A DNA stretch of 64,000 nucleotides. Origin: an uncultured Bacteroidales bacterium. Its GTDB lineage: Bacteria > Bacteroidota > Bacteroidia > Bacteroidales > VadinHA17. Below the pieces are notes generated by a model. It saw nothing but the letters and a program-made list of their open reading frames with translations. It was not told the origin of the DNA and did not search any database. The DNA is taken from contig CAVPGA010000009.1 of assembly GCA_963703935.1 (NCBI GenBank), positions 1,258,998 through 1,322,997 of the forward strand. The letters are read 5' to 3'. The position numbers were made by a program, and so were the translations under genes. Positions 9,204 to 20,039 of the stretch are shown in pieces (position 1 is the first letter of the stretch; every line of letters begins with the position of its first letter).

Positions 9204-10242
9204 CTATTGTCTGCTATAGTATATATTGAAGGCAATATAGTCAACAATGTGTTTTGAAAAATACATTTCTTCAAGTGAGCGGGAGAGGGCCTTTAGTGTT
9301 TCGAGAGCCGGTGAGATCAGCTCGCTGAGCTTTGCCTGTGTACCGTCGTCGAAGGTGAGGAGAATATCCCTCCTGCTGAAGATTGATGCTTCATAATCAG
9401 CTTCATACATAATTTTGGCTCCTGCCTTTTTCTGCAGCACCCCGTTAAGGTAAACCTGGATTGAGTCAATCCCGGTTGCTCTTTTTATATCAACATCACC
9501 GATCGACAGGATATATTGCTTTTCTTTCCTGTTAAAACCATCACCGGAGAAGGAAAGGGTTTCCTTCAGAAGAGTATCATTGCCTTTTGCGAGTGCAAAA
9601 ATAAACCGGGCGGGATTGCCTGTCTGCCCGCTTCTTAAAAGTGTGTATTCTTCGGGAAATGTAAAGCTGTTCAAATAATTACGGTCTGTGTAGGATTTCC
9701 AGGCTGATGAAGTTTCCATTTTTCCAATTTCTTCTCCATCGAGATTAAAGCCGGCTTCGAGATTATAATCATAAGTACGCCACCAGTTATAATAAAAATG
9801 ATAAGCTGTTGCTGTTATTTTAAAATTGTTTTCAGGGACCGGATCGCTCTTTAAATAAAAATGAAGACGTTTTGGATGTAAAACCATTTGTTCGGGCAGA
9901 TTAACCTCGAGGTTATCGCTGTTGCCCGTTCTTTTGAAAAGTTTATATGGGAAATAATGAAGCGGACGCAGATCGGGATCGGGGCTGAACTCATAGATTC
10001 CGGCTATAAGATCAAGGTCGATGCTGTCCTGAAATCCGGTTTCCGATTTTGCACCGGCTTCGGTGAGAGAGAGCAGGCTATATCCCACGGAACCAGAGAT
10101 CTTATCGATTGCAGTATTAATCTCGGCAACGCTGTTTTCGACCGATTCCTTCAGCTGTAAAATTTCTTTTTGACTGATCAATCTTTGAGCACTGCCAGCT
10201 GATCAGGATTAAAAGAATCAGGATAAAAGGTGTTTTTTTCAT
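9204..10242 (-). CDS. Hypothetical secreted protein; signal peptide and body lie in different frames
   Basis: The body is ORF 9204-10181 (325 aa, no recognised domain). ATG 10242 gives MKKTPFILILLILISWQCS in another frame, and the body frame is open only from about 40 nt downstream of that ATG. Confidence 0.55.
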
Positions 10243-10318
10243 ATTATCATTTTTTATATTCATCTTAATTTCTACGGGTAAATTATAAAAAAGTTTCATC
10301 TTCCATTAAGGTTCTTTC

Positions 10319-10326
10319 TATATTTG
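10319..10326 (+). promoter_or_regulatory. Candidate -7 promoter box TATATTTG
   Basis: Exact TAnnTTTG match 26 nt upstream of the ATG at 10352. Confidence 0.4.
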
Positions 10327-10351
10327 TTTCAGGTATAAAAATAAGCAAAAG

Positions 10352-10735
10352 ATGAACATTGACCACATCGCAATCTGGACTTTTGATCTTGAGAAAGAGA
10401 AAGCCTTCTTTCTCAAGTATTTCGGTTGCACAGCCAGTGAAAAATACGTAAATTCAAAAAAACAATTTACCTCTTATTTTTTAACATTTCCAGGCGGTAT
10501 AAGGATCGAACTTATGAACAGGCCAGGCATTAGCGATGGCAGGGATGATAATGCTGCCGGACTTACGCATATAGCAGTAGATGTTGGAAAGAGGGAGATC
10601 GTTGACCAGCTGACCGACAAAATAGGAAATGATGGCTTTATTGTGGCCGGCAGGCCAAGAATTACAGGTGACGGATACTATGAAAGTGTAATTCTGGACC
10701 CTGAAGGAAACAGGATCGAATTACTATCACTATAA
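10352..10735 (+). CDS. VOC/glyoxalase family protein
   Basis: 127 aa. IDHIAIWTFDLEKEKAFF and THIAVDV are typical of glyoxalase/bleomycin-resistance fold proteins. Confidence 0.75.
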   Translation: MNIDHIAIWTFDLEKEKAFFLKYFGCTASEKYVNSKKQFTSYFLTFPGGIRIELMNRPGISDGRDDNAAGLTHIAVDVGKREIVDQLTDKIGNDGFIVAGRPRITGDGYYESVILDPEGNRIELLSL

Positions 10736-10755
10736 AAATTTAAATTTTTGATGCT

Positions 10756-11949
10756 ATGGCTAAAGTTGCAATGCTGGGCGCCGGTTTCATCGGCGATTTT
10801 TACACTTTTTCTATAAACGGTCATCGGAACCGTGATAAAGTGCATATAATTTATTCACGCGATGAAGGCAGGGGCAAAGCTTTCGCAAAAAAACATGGGA
10901 TCCCGAAGTGGACCACCTCAATAAAAGATGCGGTAAATGACCCGGAGGTTGACGTTGTCATAATCGGCTTGCCAAATAACCTGCATCTGGACGCTGTAAA
11001 AAGTGCCGTATCAGCCGGAAAAGCTGTATTCTGCACGAAGCCTCTTGGCAGGAACGCAGGCGAAGCAAAAAAAATGCTTGACCTTGTTGAAAAAGCAGGT
11101 GTTATGCACGGCTATCTCGAAGATCTGGTTTACACCCCGAAAACCCTGAAAGCATTAAGATCAGTAAGAATGGGTGCAGTAGGGCAGGTTACATGGGCCA
11201 GGTCGCGCGAGACACATCCAGGACCGCATAGCGACTGGTTCTGGACAAAGGAAATATCCGGAGGCGGTGTGTTGCTCGATATGGGATGTCATTGCATAGA
11301 GATCAGCCGAAGCTATATAGGTAAAGACATTAAACCTGTCGAGGTGATGTGCTGGACTGATACCCTGGTAAAACCGATTGAAGCTGAGGATAATGCACTG
11401 GGGTGGGTGAGATATGAAAACGGCGCTGTCGGACAGTTTGAAGTGAGCTGGAGCTTTCGCGGCGGAATGGATCTGCGTGATGAAGTGATGGGAACAGATG
11501 GCACAATCTGGGTAAATAATTTTCTCAGGACGGGCTTTGAAATGTTTACTGCCGGTGGGAAAAAAGGCTACGTGGCAGAAAAGGCGGAAACCGAAAGCGG
11601 CTGGCTCTTCCCGGTAGGGGATGAAGTGGTGGAACTTGGTTATACCGACATGTTTACGGATATGTTCAATGCTTTCGAAAATAAGACAAGTCCGGTGGAA
11701 ACCTTCTATGACGGCTATATCGTAAATGAGATAATGGATGCATGCTTCCGTTCTGCCAGATCGAAAAAATGGGAACCGGTGCGTTTGAAAACCTGGCGTG
11801 GAAGTGAAAAAACTGAAAGGATTAATGCACTCCGTGATTTTGACAAGGATCATTTACTTGTAAAAGAAGAAACGATGCCGGATGGCACAGTTAAGCTGAT
11901 CCTTAAAAACAAGACAACAGGAAAGATCTCCAGTACCGTAAAGAACTAA
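10756..11949 (+). CDS. Gfo/Idh/MocA family oxidoreductase
   Basis: N-terminal Rossmann motif [10 protein letters not shown], and a CTKPL motif of the family. 397 aa. Confidence 0.8.
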   Translation: MAKVAMLGAGFIGDFYTFSINGHRNRDKVHIIYSRDEGRGKAFAKKHGIPKWTTSIKDAVNDPEVDVVIIGLPNNLHLDAVKSAVSAGKAVFCTKPLGRNAGEAKKMLDLVEKAGVMHGYLEDLVYTPKTLKALRSVRMGAVGQVTWARSRETHPGPHSDWFWTKEISGGGVLLDMGCHCIEISRSYIGKDIKPVEVMCWTDTLVKPIEAEDNALGWVRYENGAVGQFEVSWSFRGGMDLRDEVMGTDGTIWVNNFLRTGFEMFTAGGKKGYVAEKAETESGWLFPVGDEVVELGYTDMFTDMFNAFENKTSPVETFYDGYIVNEIMDACFRSARSKKWEPVRLKTWRGSEKTERINALRDFDKDHLLVKEETMPDGTVKLILKNKTTGKISSTVKN

Positions 11950-12420
11950 GGCCTCTCAGTATCCTGAATTTTCTCCTCCTTCAAAGGAGCTAAATCCATT
12001 AACCGGAAAGATCGCAAAGGAGTACAAAAAGATCGCAAGGAGCTAATTATTAATGTTTTAACTTTGCATGCTTTGCAACTTCTTTGCGTACTATTATATA
12101 ACTCTTATTATTTACTATCAGAAGGTAACAGTTTTTTTACCACAGAGTTAAGACGGAGTAAAGACGGAGTTGCACTGTTTTAAAACTCCGTGTTTTACTC
12201 TGTGAAACTCTGTGAACTCGTGGTAAAAGGATTTCAGGCAACTCTGTTCCTCCCCGCCTGTTCACCCCTAAATCCCCTTCTATGTGTACTTTTAAAAACC
12301 CCCTTTAGCGGGCAGGGAGTAAACCTATGGTTAAAACTATCGTTGCGCGAAAAAGGAGACTTAAAAGGAACACCCTCCAGAGATTACCAGCCCTTTTTGT
12401 AATAATCGGCCCAACTTATC
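11950..12420. repeat. Repeat mosaic: GCAAAG-type hairpin (12006..12105), CACAGAG/ACGGAGT-type hairpin (12139..12224), truncated CCCCTAAATCCC module
   Basis: 12006-12105 aligns in the same orientation with 28516-28625. 12139-12224 aligns with 28386-28471 in the opposite orientation. Confidence 0.85.
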
Positions 12421-12682
12421 GTTTTTAATTAGTTAGTGAAAAGTAATTACTGTCAGATTCAATTTCCACAGATTTAGTATAGTTGTGTCTGCCAGCATTA
12501 ACCCTGAGCCCTGATGACCTTTTATGCACATACTAAAAGTGATTATAAATCCGGATTACTTCTGATTGGAAAGTGAATAATAATTTCTATAAAATATTGA
12601 ATACAAAATATTTAACCTGTCGGACCAGATGTCCCTGATGAATGTATCAGTTTGACTTATTGAGGGAATAAATCTGCGGTTT

Positions 12683-15214
12683 ATGAAAAAATGGTTTTTA
12701 ATTGCAATACTGACACTCTTATCAATTCAAATACTTGGACAAAACTGTTCAATACTGTCAAAGGCTAATACTATAACTCCGGATAAGTTATGCTCTCCGG
12801 TTACAGCAACATGGAACGTAAGATATACAGGAGTTAATAGCGGAGGAAGACCGGTCAGCATCATATATGACTGGGGCAACGGAACCGTAGAAACTGTTCC
12901 GGCAGTTCAGTCAGCTCCCGGAGTTTACCAGGCAACCGCCATAAATACTTATACGTCGGCAGGGAATGTGTGCAATTACCATCCTCAGGCAACCCTTGAA
13001 GTAAATGGAGTTCTTTGTACATCATCAACCCAGGAACAAATTGTTACAGTATGGGATGATGATGATCACAACGGAGGGCATATGCACATCAATCCTCTGG
13101 TTTATCCGATATGTTTCGGGAACAGTGCAGACGTCCGTTTTCAGGATCTTACCCAGTTCAACTGTGTACCTCCCCAGGAGAGAGACAATCCGAATGTTAA
13201 TACACGATGGATACAATGGATTTATGGCACCGAGATCACAATGACCGGAATGCCGGTGACCATTGAGGGCAGATCGAGGAGTTACCCCTATACTGATAAT
13301 GTAATCACGCTGACAGGACCAGTAACCGGTTCAGGTGTTATGTCGAAGGTAATAAATGTAGCCTCTGATAAACAGATAGGTGAGTATTTCCAGGTCACTT
13401 TGAGAAACTGGAATTATTGCAATCCTTATGATGATCCGAACATACCGGGTCCTCCGAGGGACCGGCAGAACGGAGACTATCCTCCTGTGGTTACAACAGC
13501 AATTATCCTGATTGTCGATTATCCTGATGCCACTATTGATCCGGTAACCAGGATGTGTGCCAATGCCAACACTGTGACTCTGACAGCCCATGATCCCGGT
13601 GGTGACTGGTCGGGCCGGGGTGTATCGGGAAATACATTCAATCCGGCTGCAGCCGGGGTGGGCAATCATATAATCAGGTATGAGATAACAAATGCGGAAG
13701 GCTGCAGTGATGTTGACACGGCAATAGTCAAGGTTGTACCTGTGCCTGATGCAACCATTACACGCATTCCCACATTGTGTATAACCGATACCATAATCAC
13801 TCTCACCGCCACATCCATGGGAGGTCTCTGGTCAGGGCCCGGAGTGACTGGTAATACTTTTAATCCAGCCATATCCGGCTATGGCAACCATCTGATAACA
13901 TATAAGATAATTGATTCCAACGGATGCATGGACAATGATCAGACAACCATCACCGTGGCAACGCCCGATGCAACGATCAATCCGATCGATACCCTGTGCA
14001 TAAACAAAGCTCCGATAACACTTACTGCACATGATCTTGGAGGTGTGTGGTCGGGTCCGGGTGTCACAGGCAATATTTTTGATCCTGCAGTTGCAGGAGC
14101 CGGCACTCATATTATAAGCTACAGTATTGTCAACCCCGATTGCAGCGACTCCGACACTGAAGATATAACCGTGGTTCCGATACCCGTTGTGGATATCGAC
14201 AGAGTAGGGACGGTGTATATCAACAGTCCTGCAGTCAACCTGAACGCCACACCCGCAGGAGGTATCTTTTACGGACCGGCAGTAACCGGTTATGTCTTTG
14301 ATCCGGCTGCTGCCGGGCTTGGCACGCATGTGATAACCTACGAGACCATAATGGACAAATATGGTTGTTATGGAGTTGACACTATTCATATACAGATTCT
14401 TATGCCTCCTTTTCCGATTGCCGACTTTTCACCCGACACTGTCGGCTGTTCGCCTCTCACTGTGCAATTCACCAATAATAGCCTTTATGGCGAGACCTAT
14501 ATCTGGGGTTTTGGTGACGGTCAATTCTCGGTTAAGGAAAATCCGGCCCATACATACTATGTGCCCGGCAGCTATATAGTGAAGCTTATCGTTTATAATA
14601 TTGCAGGAGAATCGATACATAACGGAATTATAACGGTATATCAGAACCCGACTGCTATTCTGGAGGCTTATCCCACGGATGTTATCAACAACGAACAGAT
14701 AGTTGTCTTTTCAAACAACAGCATGTATGATTCTATTTCCTTCTGGCAGTTCGGTGACGGGAATACCTCTGAGGAGAAGAACCCATATCACAAGTATCTG
14801 GAACAGGGCAATTACACTGTCATACTTACGGTAACATCAAAAGATGGTTGTATCGATTCTGCGAAGCTTTTGACTCCGGTAAGGGTTGACTGGAAAATAG
14901 GTTCCATAAATTTCCCCAATGTCTTCAAGTGGAATGAAACCGGGCCAACAGGCGGTACATGGAGACCCGGCTGTTATCCGGAGATGGACTTTGTGTTCAG
15001 GCCTTTCTATGAGAATGTGACAGACTACAAGCTTCAGATATTCAACAGGTGGGGAGTCCTGATTTATGAAAGCCACGACCTTTACAAAGGATGGGATGGC
15101 TACAGCAGGGACGGCAATCTGGCCGTTCAGGGAGTATATGTGTGGAAAGCTTCAGGCAGGTATGCCGACGGAGATTATTTTAATAAAGTCGGCGATGTGA
15201 CGTTTCTGCACTGA
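12683..15214 (+). CDS. Large secreted T9SS cargo protein: four tandem ~74-aa repeats, two PKD-like domains, type-B (gliding-motility CTD) sorting domain
   Basis: Signal peptide present. The repeats follow the pattern DATI..(C)...TLTA...GG.WSGPGVTGN.F.P..AG.G.H.I.Y and span 13526-14410. PKD signatures WGFGDG and WQFGDGNTS are present. The C-terminus reads IFNRWGVLIYES...GWDG...QGVYVW...GDVTFLH. Confidence 0.85.
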   Translation: MKKWFLIAILTLLSIQILGQNCSILSKANTITPDKLCSPVTATWNVRYTGVNSGGRPVSIIYDWGNGTVETVPAVQSAPGVYQATAINTYTSAGNVCNYHPQATLEVNGVLCTSSTQEQIVTVWDDDDHNGGHMHINPLVYPICFGNSADVRFQDLTQFNCVPPQERDNPNVNTRWIQWIYGTEITMTGMPVTIEGRSRSYPYTDNVITLTGPVTGSGVMSKVINVASDKQIGEYFQVTLRNWNYCNPYDDPNIPGPPRDRQNGDYPPVVTTAIILIVDYPDATIDPVTRMCANANTVTLTAHDPGGDWSGRGVSGNTFNPAAAGVGNHIIRYEITNAEGCSDVDTAIVKVVPVPDATITRIPTLCITDTIITLTATSMGGLWSGPGVTGNTFNPAISGYGNHLITYKIIDSNGCMDNDQTTITVATPDATINPIDTLCINKAPITLTAHDLGGVWSGPGVTGNIFDPAVAGAGTHIISYSIVNPDCSDSDTEDITVVPIPVVDIDRVGTVYINSPAVNLNATPAGGIFYGPAVTGYVFDPAAAGLGTHVITYETIMDKYGCYGVDTIHIQILMPPFPIADFSPDTVGCSPLTVQFTNNSLYGETYIWGFGDGQFSVKENPAHTYYVPGSYIVKLIVYNIAGESIHNGIITVYQNPTAILEAYPTDVINNEQIVVFSNNSMYDSISFWQFGDGNTSEEKNPYHKYLEQGNYTVILTVTSKDGCIDSAKLLTPVRVDWKIGSINFPNVFKWNETGPTGGTWRPGCYPEMDFVFRPFYENVTDYKLQIFNRWGVLIYESHDLYKGWDGYSRDGNLAVQGVYVWKASGRYADGDYFNKVGDVTFLH

Positions 15215-15428
15215 TCAGCCAGGCACTTGCATCTGAAAAAAAAAAGTCCGGTCACACATTAAGAGTCCTTGCTGTTTCTTAACTTATGCGAAGAATTGCA
15301 AATGGATACTGTCAGCACAGAATTATCTGGAGTGTATGGCATTTATGGCGGTGTCGTGGCAATTGTGACTGACGAGGTTGTGCTATCTTCAATGCCAGTG
15401 GTCTTTGTTAATTGTTATACCCAAGGTC

Positions 15429-16733
15429 ATGTCTGAAAAATCCTTAATCCTGTTGCTAGGGATTACTGCAATCCTGGGAGGATCCGGACTGTATGCACAG
15501 GAATCCCGTATTCAAAATAAGTTCGGGTCACCGAACCAGATTTCTTCAGGAGTGAATATTCACTTTACGACGGGTCATGAAAAAGACCTCGACATGATTG
15601 CTGCAGCCGGGCTTAAGTATGTCAGGATGGATCTTATCTGGCAGAGGACCGAAACAGCTAAAGGGATCTATGACTGGTCGGAATATGATGAGCTGACCGG
15701 CAATCTCATGAAGCGCGGGTTGGCTGCCATCTATATACTTGATTACTCCAATTCACTTTATGAAGATACGGTACTTTTTAAAGATCCGATAACCGGGGAG
15801 AAGCATAAGGGTATCGCTTCGCCCCGGAATCCTGAAAGTGTTGAGGCATTCTCCCGCTGGGCAGCGGCAGCAGTTAATCATTTTAGAGATAGCAACCTGA
15901 TCTGGGAGATTTGGAATGAACCTAATATCAGTTTCTGGAGGCCTGCTCCTGATATAAACCAGTACCTGAAGCTGGCTCTTAAAACATGCAGAGCCATAAA
16001 AACAACCGTTCCAAATTCAATAATTATCGGACCGGCCACTTCTCAGATTCCCTGGCCTTTTCTTGAATCTTTTCTTTCGTCAGGAATTCTTGAATTCATT
16101 GACGGGGTGAGCGTCCATCCCTACCGTGACTACTCCAGATCGCCAGAGACAGCAATGGCCGATTACCGGAAGCTTTCTGAAATGATCGGTCATTATACTC
16201 CGGAGGGAAAGGAGAAAATTCCGGTCATAAGCAGCGAATGGGGTTATTCATCCGCCACCAATGGTGTCTCAGTCGAAACGCAGGCTGCATTTATTGTCAG
16301 AATGCAGCTTACCAGTCTCTTATCCGACATTCCTGTCACTATCTGGTATGACTGGAAAAACGATGGTAATGAACCTTCAGATTTCGAGCATAATTGTGGG
16401 ACTGTGACCTCGGATCTGAAGCCAAAGCCGGCATATACTGCGATCAGGGTGATGAATGAGCAATTAAAGGGTTTTACTTTAATACGGAGGATCAGGCTTG
16501 AAAGTGAAAGGGACTATTTACTCCTTTTCAGGAATGGTTCAGGCATTGATAAATTGTGCGGATGGACGATGGATCAGGAGCATACTGTTGTTCCCGGTGA
16601 GATTAAAGCAGCCGGTTCACTGAGTGTCACGGACGGGAACGGAAAGGAGTTTAGAATAAATAGCAAGGTTGGCAGGTTAAATCTAGAATTGACAGGGCTG
16701 CCAAAATATATCACGCTTCCGGCAGGGATTTGA
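15429..16733 (+). CDS. Clan GH-A glycoside hydrolase (GH5-like)
   Basis: Signal peptide MSEKSLILLLGITAILGGSGLYAQ. IWEIWNEPN (acid/base Glu context) and ISSEWGYS (nucleophile context). Family assignment within the clan is uncertain. Confidence 0.6.
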   Translation: MSEKSLILLLGITAILGGSGLYAQESRIQNKFGSPNQISSGVNIHFTTGHEKDLDMIAAAGLKYVRMDLIWQRTETAKGIYDWSEYDELTGNLMKRGLAAIYILDYSNSLYEDTVLFKDPITGEKHKGIASPRNPESVEAFSRWAAAAVNHFRDSNLIWEIWNEPNISFWRPAPDINQYLKLALKTCRAIKTTVPNSIIIGPATSQIPWPFLESFLSSGILEFIDGVSVHPYRDYSRSPETAMADYRKLSEMIGHYTPEGKEKIPVISSEWGYSSATNGVSVETQAAFIVRMQLTSLLSDIPVTIWYDWKNDGNEPSDFEHNCGTVTSDLKPKPAYTAIRVMNEQLKGFTLIRRIRLESERDYLLLFRNGSGIDKLCGWTMDQEHTVVPGEIKAAGSLSVTDGNGKEFRINSKVGRLNLELTGLPKYITLPAGI

Positions 16734-16919
16734 CGTTCCGAACCTAAGGCAACCTAATGTTGGTGCCAAATAAAAAAGTAAAATATATTCCTTCAATATT
16801 ATGATTTTAAAAAAAGTCCGCTTACTTTTGCGGCGCGTTTAAGTACACCTTCGCCAAGGATTCGGTGTATGTTTTCGGGATTAGCGCATCTGGTTTGGTC
16901 TTAATATATAATAGATATT

Positions 16920-17342
<423 letters not shown>

Positions 17343-17391
17343 TTCGCCCTCCGGAGTACGGATTTATCCGGACGAAGGAGGGCTTCTTTTT
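17343..17391. terminator. Hairpin plus T-run, possibly a bidirectional terminator
   Basis: GCCCTCCGGA...TCCGGACGAAGGAGGGC followed by TTCTTTTT. Lies between the tRNA repeat block and the 3' end of the minus-strand gene at 17403. Confidence 0.5.
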
Positions 17392-17402
17392 ATCACTATG
17401 AA

Positions 17403-17732
17403 TTAATTCTTAATTTTTACCAATAACAGATAAAGACAACATAATACAACTACTGCATTAATAGCTCCCAAAAAACCTGATGACCAGGGATGCAGATTTT
17501 TAAAATCCACGATTAATGGATAAATAAACACTATTGCCAGAGGTATAATGAACCCAAGTAATTCAGCGCACCTCATTTTGCTAATCAATATCACCCCAAG
17601 CGTAAAATAGACTACACCAAAAACTATATATATTACAAAACCCGGATCGGGCCTGGTAATTATTCCAAGGTAGAGATTCAAAACAAATAAAAGTAATAGA
17701 AAACCAGCGGGTATACAATTGATTGTTTTCAC
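17403..17732 (-). CDS. Small integral membrane protein (109 aa, about 4 TM), hypothetical
   Basis: Uniformly hydrophobic ORF. No recognised family. Confidence 0.45.
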   Translation of the reverse strand: MKTINCIPAGFLLLLFVLNLYLGIITRPDPGFVIYIVFGVVYFTLGVILISKMRCAELLGFIIPLAIVFIYPLIVDFKNLHPWSSGFLGAINAVVVLCCLYLLLVKIKN

Positions 17733-18039
17733 CTTATTACTGATTTAGTGATTCTTATAAGCTAATTTATTACAATAAGATGCCAAAGTCAAGTTTATTT
17801 AATAAAATGCCCCTGACATTTAGTTATTTGTATTATGTAAGTGTTTAACCTAGATTTATATCTGCCAATCAATTTTATTTATCCAGAAAGCCCCCGGAGC
17901 TAACTTCCGATAGTTGTGAAGGTTGAACTTCTAATCGCGATCCGTCTTTTTTATATGGTACATAGTTTAATGTTAAACAAAAAGTCCCCGGTGCTGATTT
18001 CCGAGGACTGGGTATCAATTCATTGCAACTCTATACTTT

Positions 18040-18560
18040 TTATTTAGCATTTCCCGTACAGGATTCATTTTGAATACTCATTGACCAGTTGTCGCCAACC
18101 CAAAGCGCTATGAAAGTAACATGATAAAGAGATCCTTTGTCGCCTTTGACATGGGTACTAGATGTCCACTCCCACAAATCTTTGCTTTTGAAAAAAAAGA
18201 TTTGTCAATCAGTAAAGTAAAAGTTTTACACGTCCAAAGACTTGCTTTCTATGCCATTTTTATAATCAACATGTTCACCGTTTCCAAAAAACATTTACGT
18301 AATGGTCGACAATATGTACATCACCCACGGCCTTCCACATAATCTACTTGAACACCATGACATATAAACAGGAGTATATTAACATTATAGGAATTATTCT
18401 TCCCATCTTGTGCAGAAAGCTCCTTCGCAATCCTGTCCAGCGATACTTAACAATCAGCCCTGTTTATTGGATTTTGACAGCTCTGCAGAAGGAGCTGATT
18501 ATTTTTATTCAATACTCTCCGATTAACTTCAGGTCGCTCCTATGGAGCTAAAAATATGAG
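18040..18560 (-). pseudogene. Possible decayed gene of unrecognised family
   Basis: The minus strand reads as colinear short pieces in shifting frames (LDRIAKELSAQDGKNNSYNVNILLF, DVHIVDHYVNVFWK, GEHVDYKNGIESKSLDV, DLWEWTSSTHVKGDKGSLYHVTFIALWVGDNW). This is weak evidence. Confidence 0.2.
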
Positions 18561-18611
18561 GTCCCGATTATCTACAAACAGTTCACTCCTACGGAGTTTG
18601 GCTTCTTAAAG

Positions 18612-19316
18612 TTAATCCTTGAGGCAGCGAACATTTCTTCCTTGTTCAAGATAGGTGTCGTACCAATTATTAATATTAGCTTTATCGTAGAATAAGTCCC
18701 AATACCATCCACCGACACTGTAACCACCAATAATGTGTTGACCGGTAGCCCAAAATCCTCCTACTTCGCTAACTGGTGAGAAAGGGCCAGCATTGGCTCG
18801 GAAGCTATTGGGTAAAGCTAAAAATCCACTTTCGTTGGTGGCACCGGTGTTGGGGCTTTTCCAATGATTAGTACCAGTCTCTTTTAGCTTACCTCCGGCA
18901 ACATTTTCACCGCCCAGATAAGTTATAAGGGTTTCCCATTCAGTGTAGGAAGGAACATGCCAGCCCGTAGGACATAATTTATTAGTATTCACTGCCGCCC
19001 ATTTATATGTTGCACCATATATACTTTTGAAGGTAGCTTCATCATTGTTATACCAACAATAGCCGGGTATATTTTTCAACGCCCATGCCGAATTATCAGA
19101 AAGGATAGGTATTGGAGTACCATCATTGTACTTTGTGGTTTTCAGGTTCTCCACCATCCATGTCTGTGTACCAATTGTTACAGAGGTATAAACATTACCA
19201 TCTTTGTCGATAATTTTATCAATAGGTTCTTCATCTTTCTTACAACTATGGGTAAGAATTAATACTAATCCCATTACTATTATTGGGCAAAACCTAATTC
19301 TGTTTTTTGTTGTCAT
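18612..19316 (-). CDS. FISUMP-domain lipoprotein (Fibrobacter succinogenes major paralogous domain)
   Basis: Lipoprotein signal ...ILTHSC. DGNVYTSVTIGTQTWMVENLKTTKYNDGTPI, CPTGWHVPSYTEWETL, AGGKLKETGTNHWKSPNTGATNESGF, and C-terminal RCLKD. Confidence 0.85.
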   Translation of the reverse strand: MTTKNRIRFCPIIVMGLVLILTHSCKKDEEPIDKIIDKDGNVYTSVTIGTQTWMVENLKTTKYNDGTPIPILSDNSAWALKNIPGYCWYNNDEATFKSIYGATYKWAAVNTNKLCPTGWHVPSYTEWETLITYLGGENVAGGKLKETGTNHWKSPNTGATNESGFLALPNSFRANAGPFSPVSEVGGFWATGQHIIGGYSVGGWYWDLFYDKANINNWYDTYLEQGRNVRCLKD

Positions 19317-19615
19317 ATCAGTTTTTTAAGGTTATTTATTGGCAAAGTTCAGCTATCAGAATATCAAAGTCTACCACTTTTGTATCATTTTCTGACAATC
19401 TGGTTACATTTTGAATGGGAAATTGGCCTTAAAGGGGAAATCCGGCGGACATATAAAGCTTGACAGCTCTGCAGGAAGAACTTTATAACTAGTCGTGCTT
19501 TGTCCTACTCAAACAGCATTAGACTATGTCGATGACGGAGTGAGGGCAACGAGTTTTTGTATTTCCCGCAGATACCGCAGATCGATATTTGCCCGTGAAT
19601 GAAGGTTGTAACGAT

Positions 19616-19996
19616 TTATCTGTTATTTTCAAATTCAATTAATTCCACAGGAGCTCCGTCGTGTTCTACCATTGCGACTCTGATCCCACTGCCCGGGGAA
19701 TTTGGTTCTGTCAATACCTTTAAGTTATGTGTTTTAATTTCATGATCTATGTCAGTTACTTCGAAAGCTATATGGGGAGTAGTGCGTATCAGTTTGCTGA
19801 TCGGGCTATCCTTTTCAAATCTCATCCATTCGATACCAAAGGGACTTGTACTGAAACCGGATACATAAAATCTGAATTGCGGCAGGTAAATTTCATCTGC
19901 CAGTTTCCTTCGGGTCGGGATCCCCAGGTGATGGTATTTCCATCCCCATTCAGCAATTGAGGCTGGCGGTTCATGATCCTGTCTGCGTTTTGTCAT
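19616..19996 (-). CDS. VOC/glyoxalase-like family protein
   Basis: 126 aa. YHHLGIPT and APVELIEF motifs fit the VOC fold. Moderate support. Confidence 0.55.
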   Translation of the reverse strand: MTKRRQDHEPPASIAEWGWKYHHLGIPTRRKLADEIYLPQFRFYVSGFSTSPFGIEWMRFEKDSPISKLIRTTPHIAFEVTDIDHEIKTHNLKVLTEPNSPGSGIRVAMVEHDGAPVELIEFENNR

Positions 19997-20039
19997 GGTT
20001 AGTTATTTACTTTGTTGTGATGCCGCCCATTTTAGTTAA

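Noticed and set aside
11161-11853. Long antisense ORFs as genes (11161-11853, 13832-14389, 34195-34764, 43710-44417, 59553-60257, 61361-61738 and similar)
   Set aside because: Each lies entirely opposite a well-supported conserved gene, has odd composition (Cys/His/Arg-rich), and matches no family I recognise. These are shadow ORFs.
12190-12402. Small ORFs inside repeat mosaics (7566-7748, 8990-9229, 12190-12402, 25197-25397, 25291-25527, 27168-27374)
   Set aside because: They are translations of hairpin arms (for example the words CACAGAG, CGCAGAT and CACAAAG). Their frames are not conserved between copies of the same repeat.
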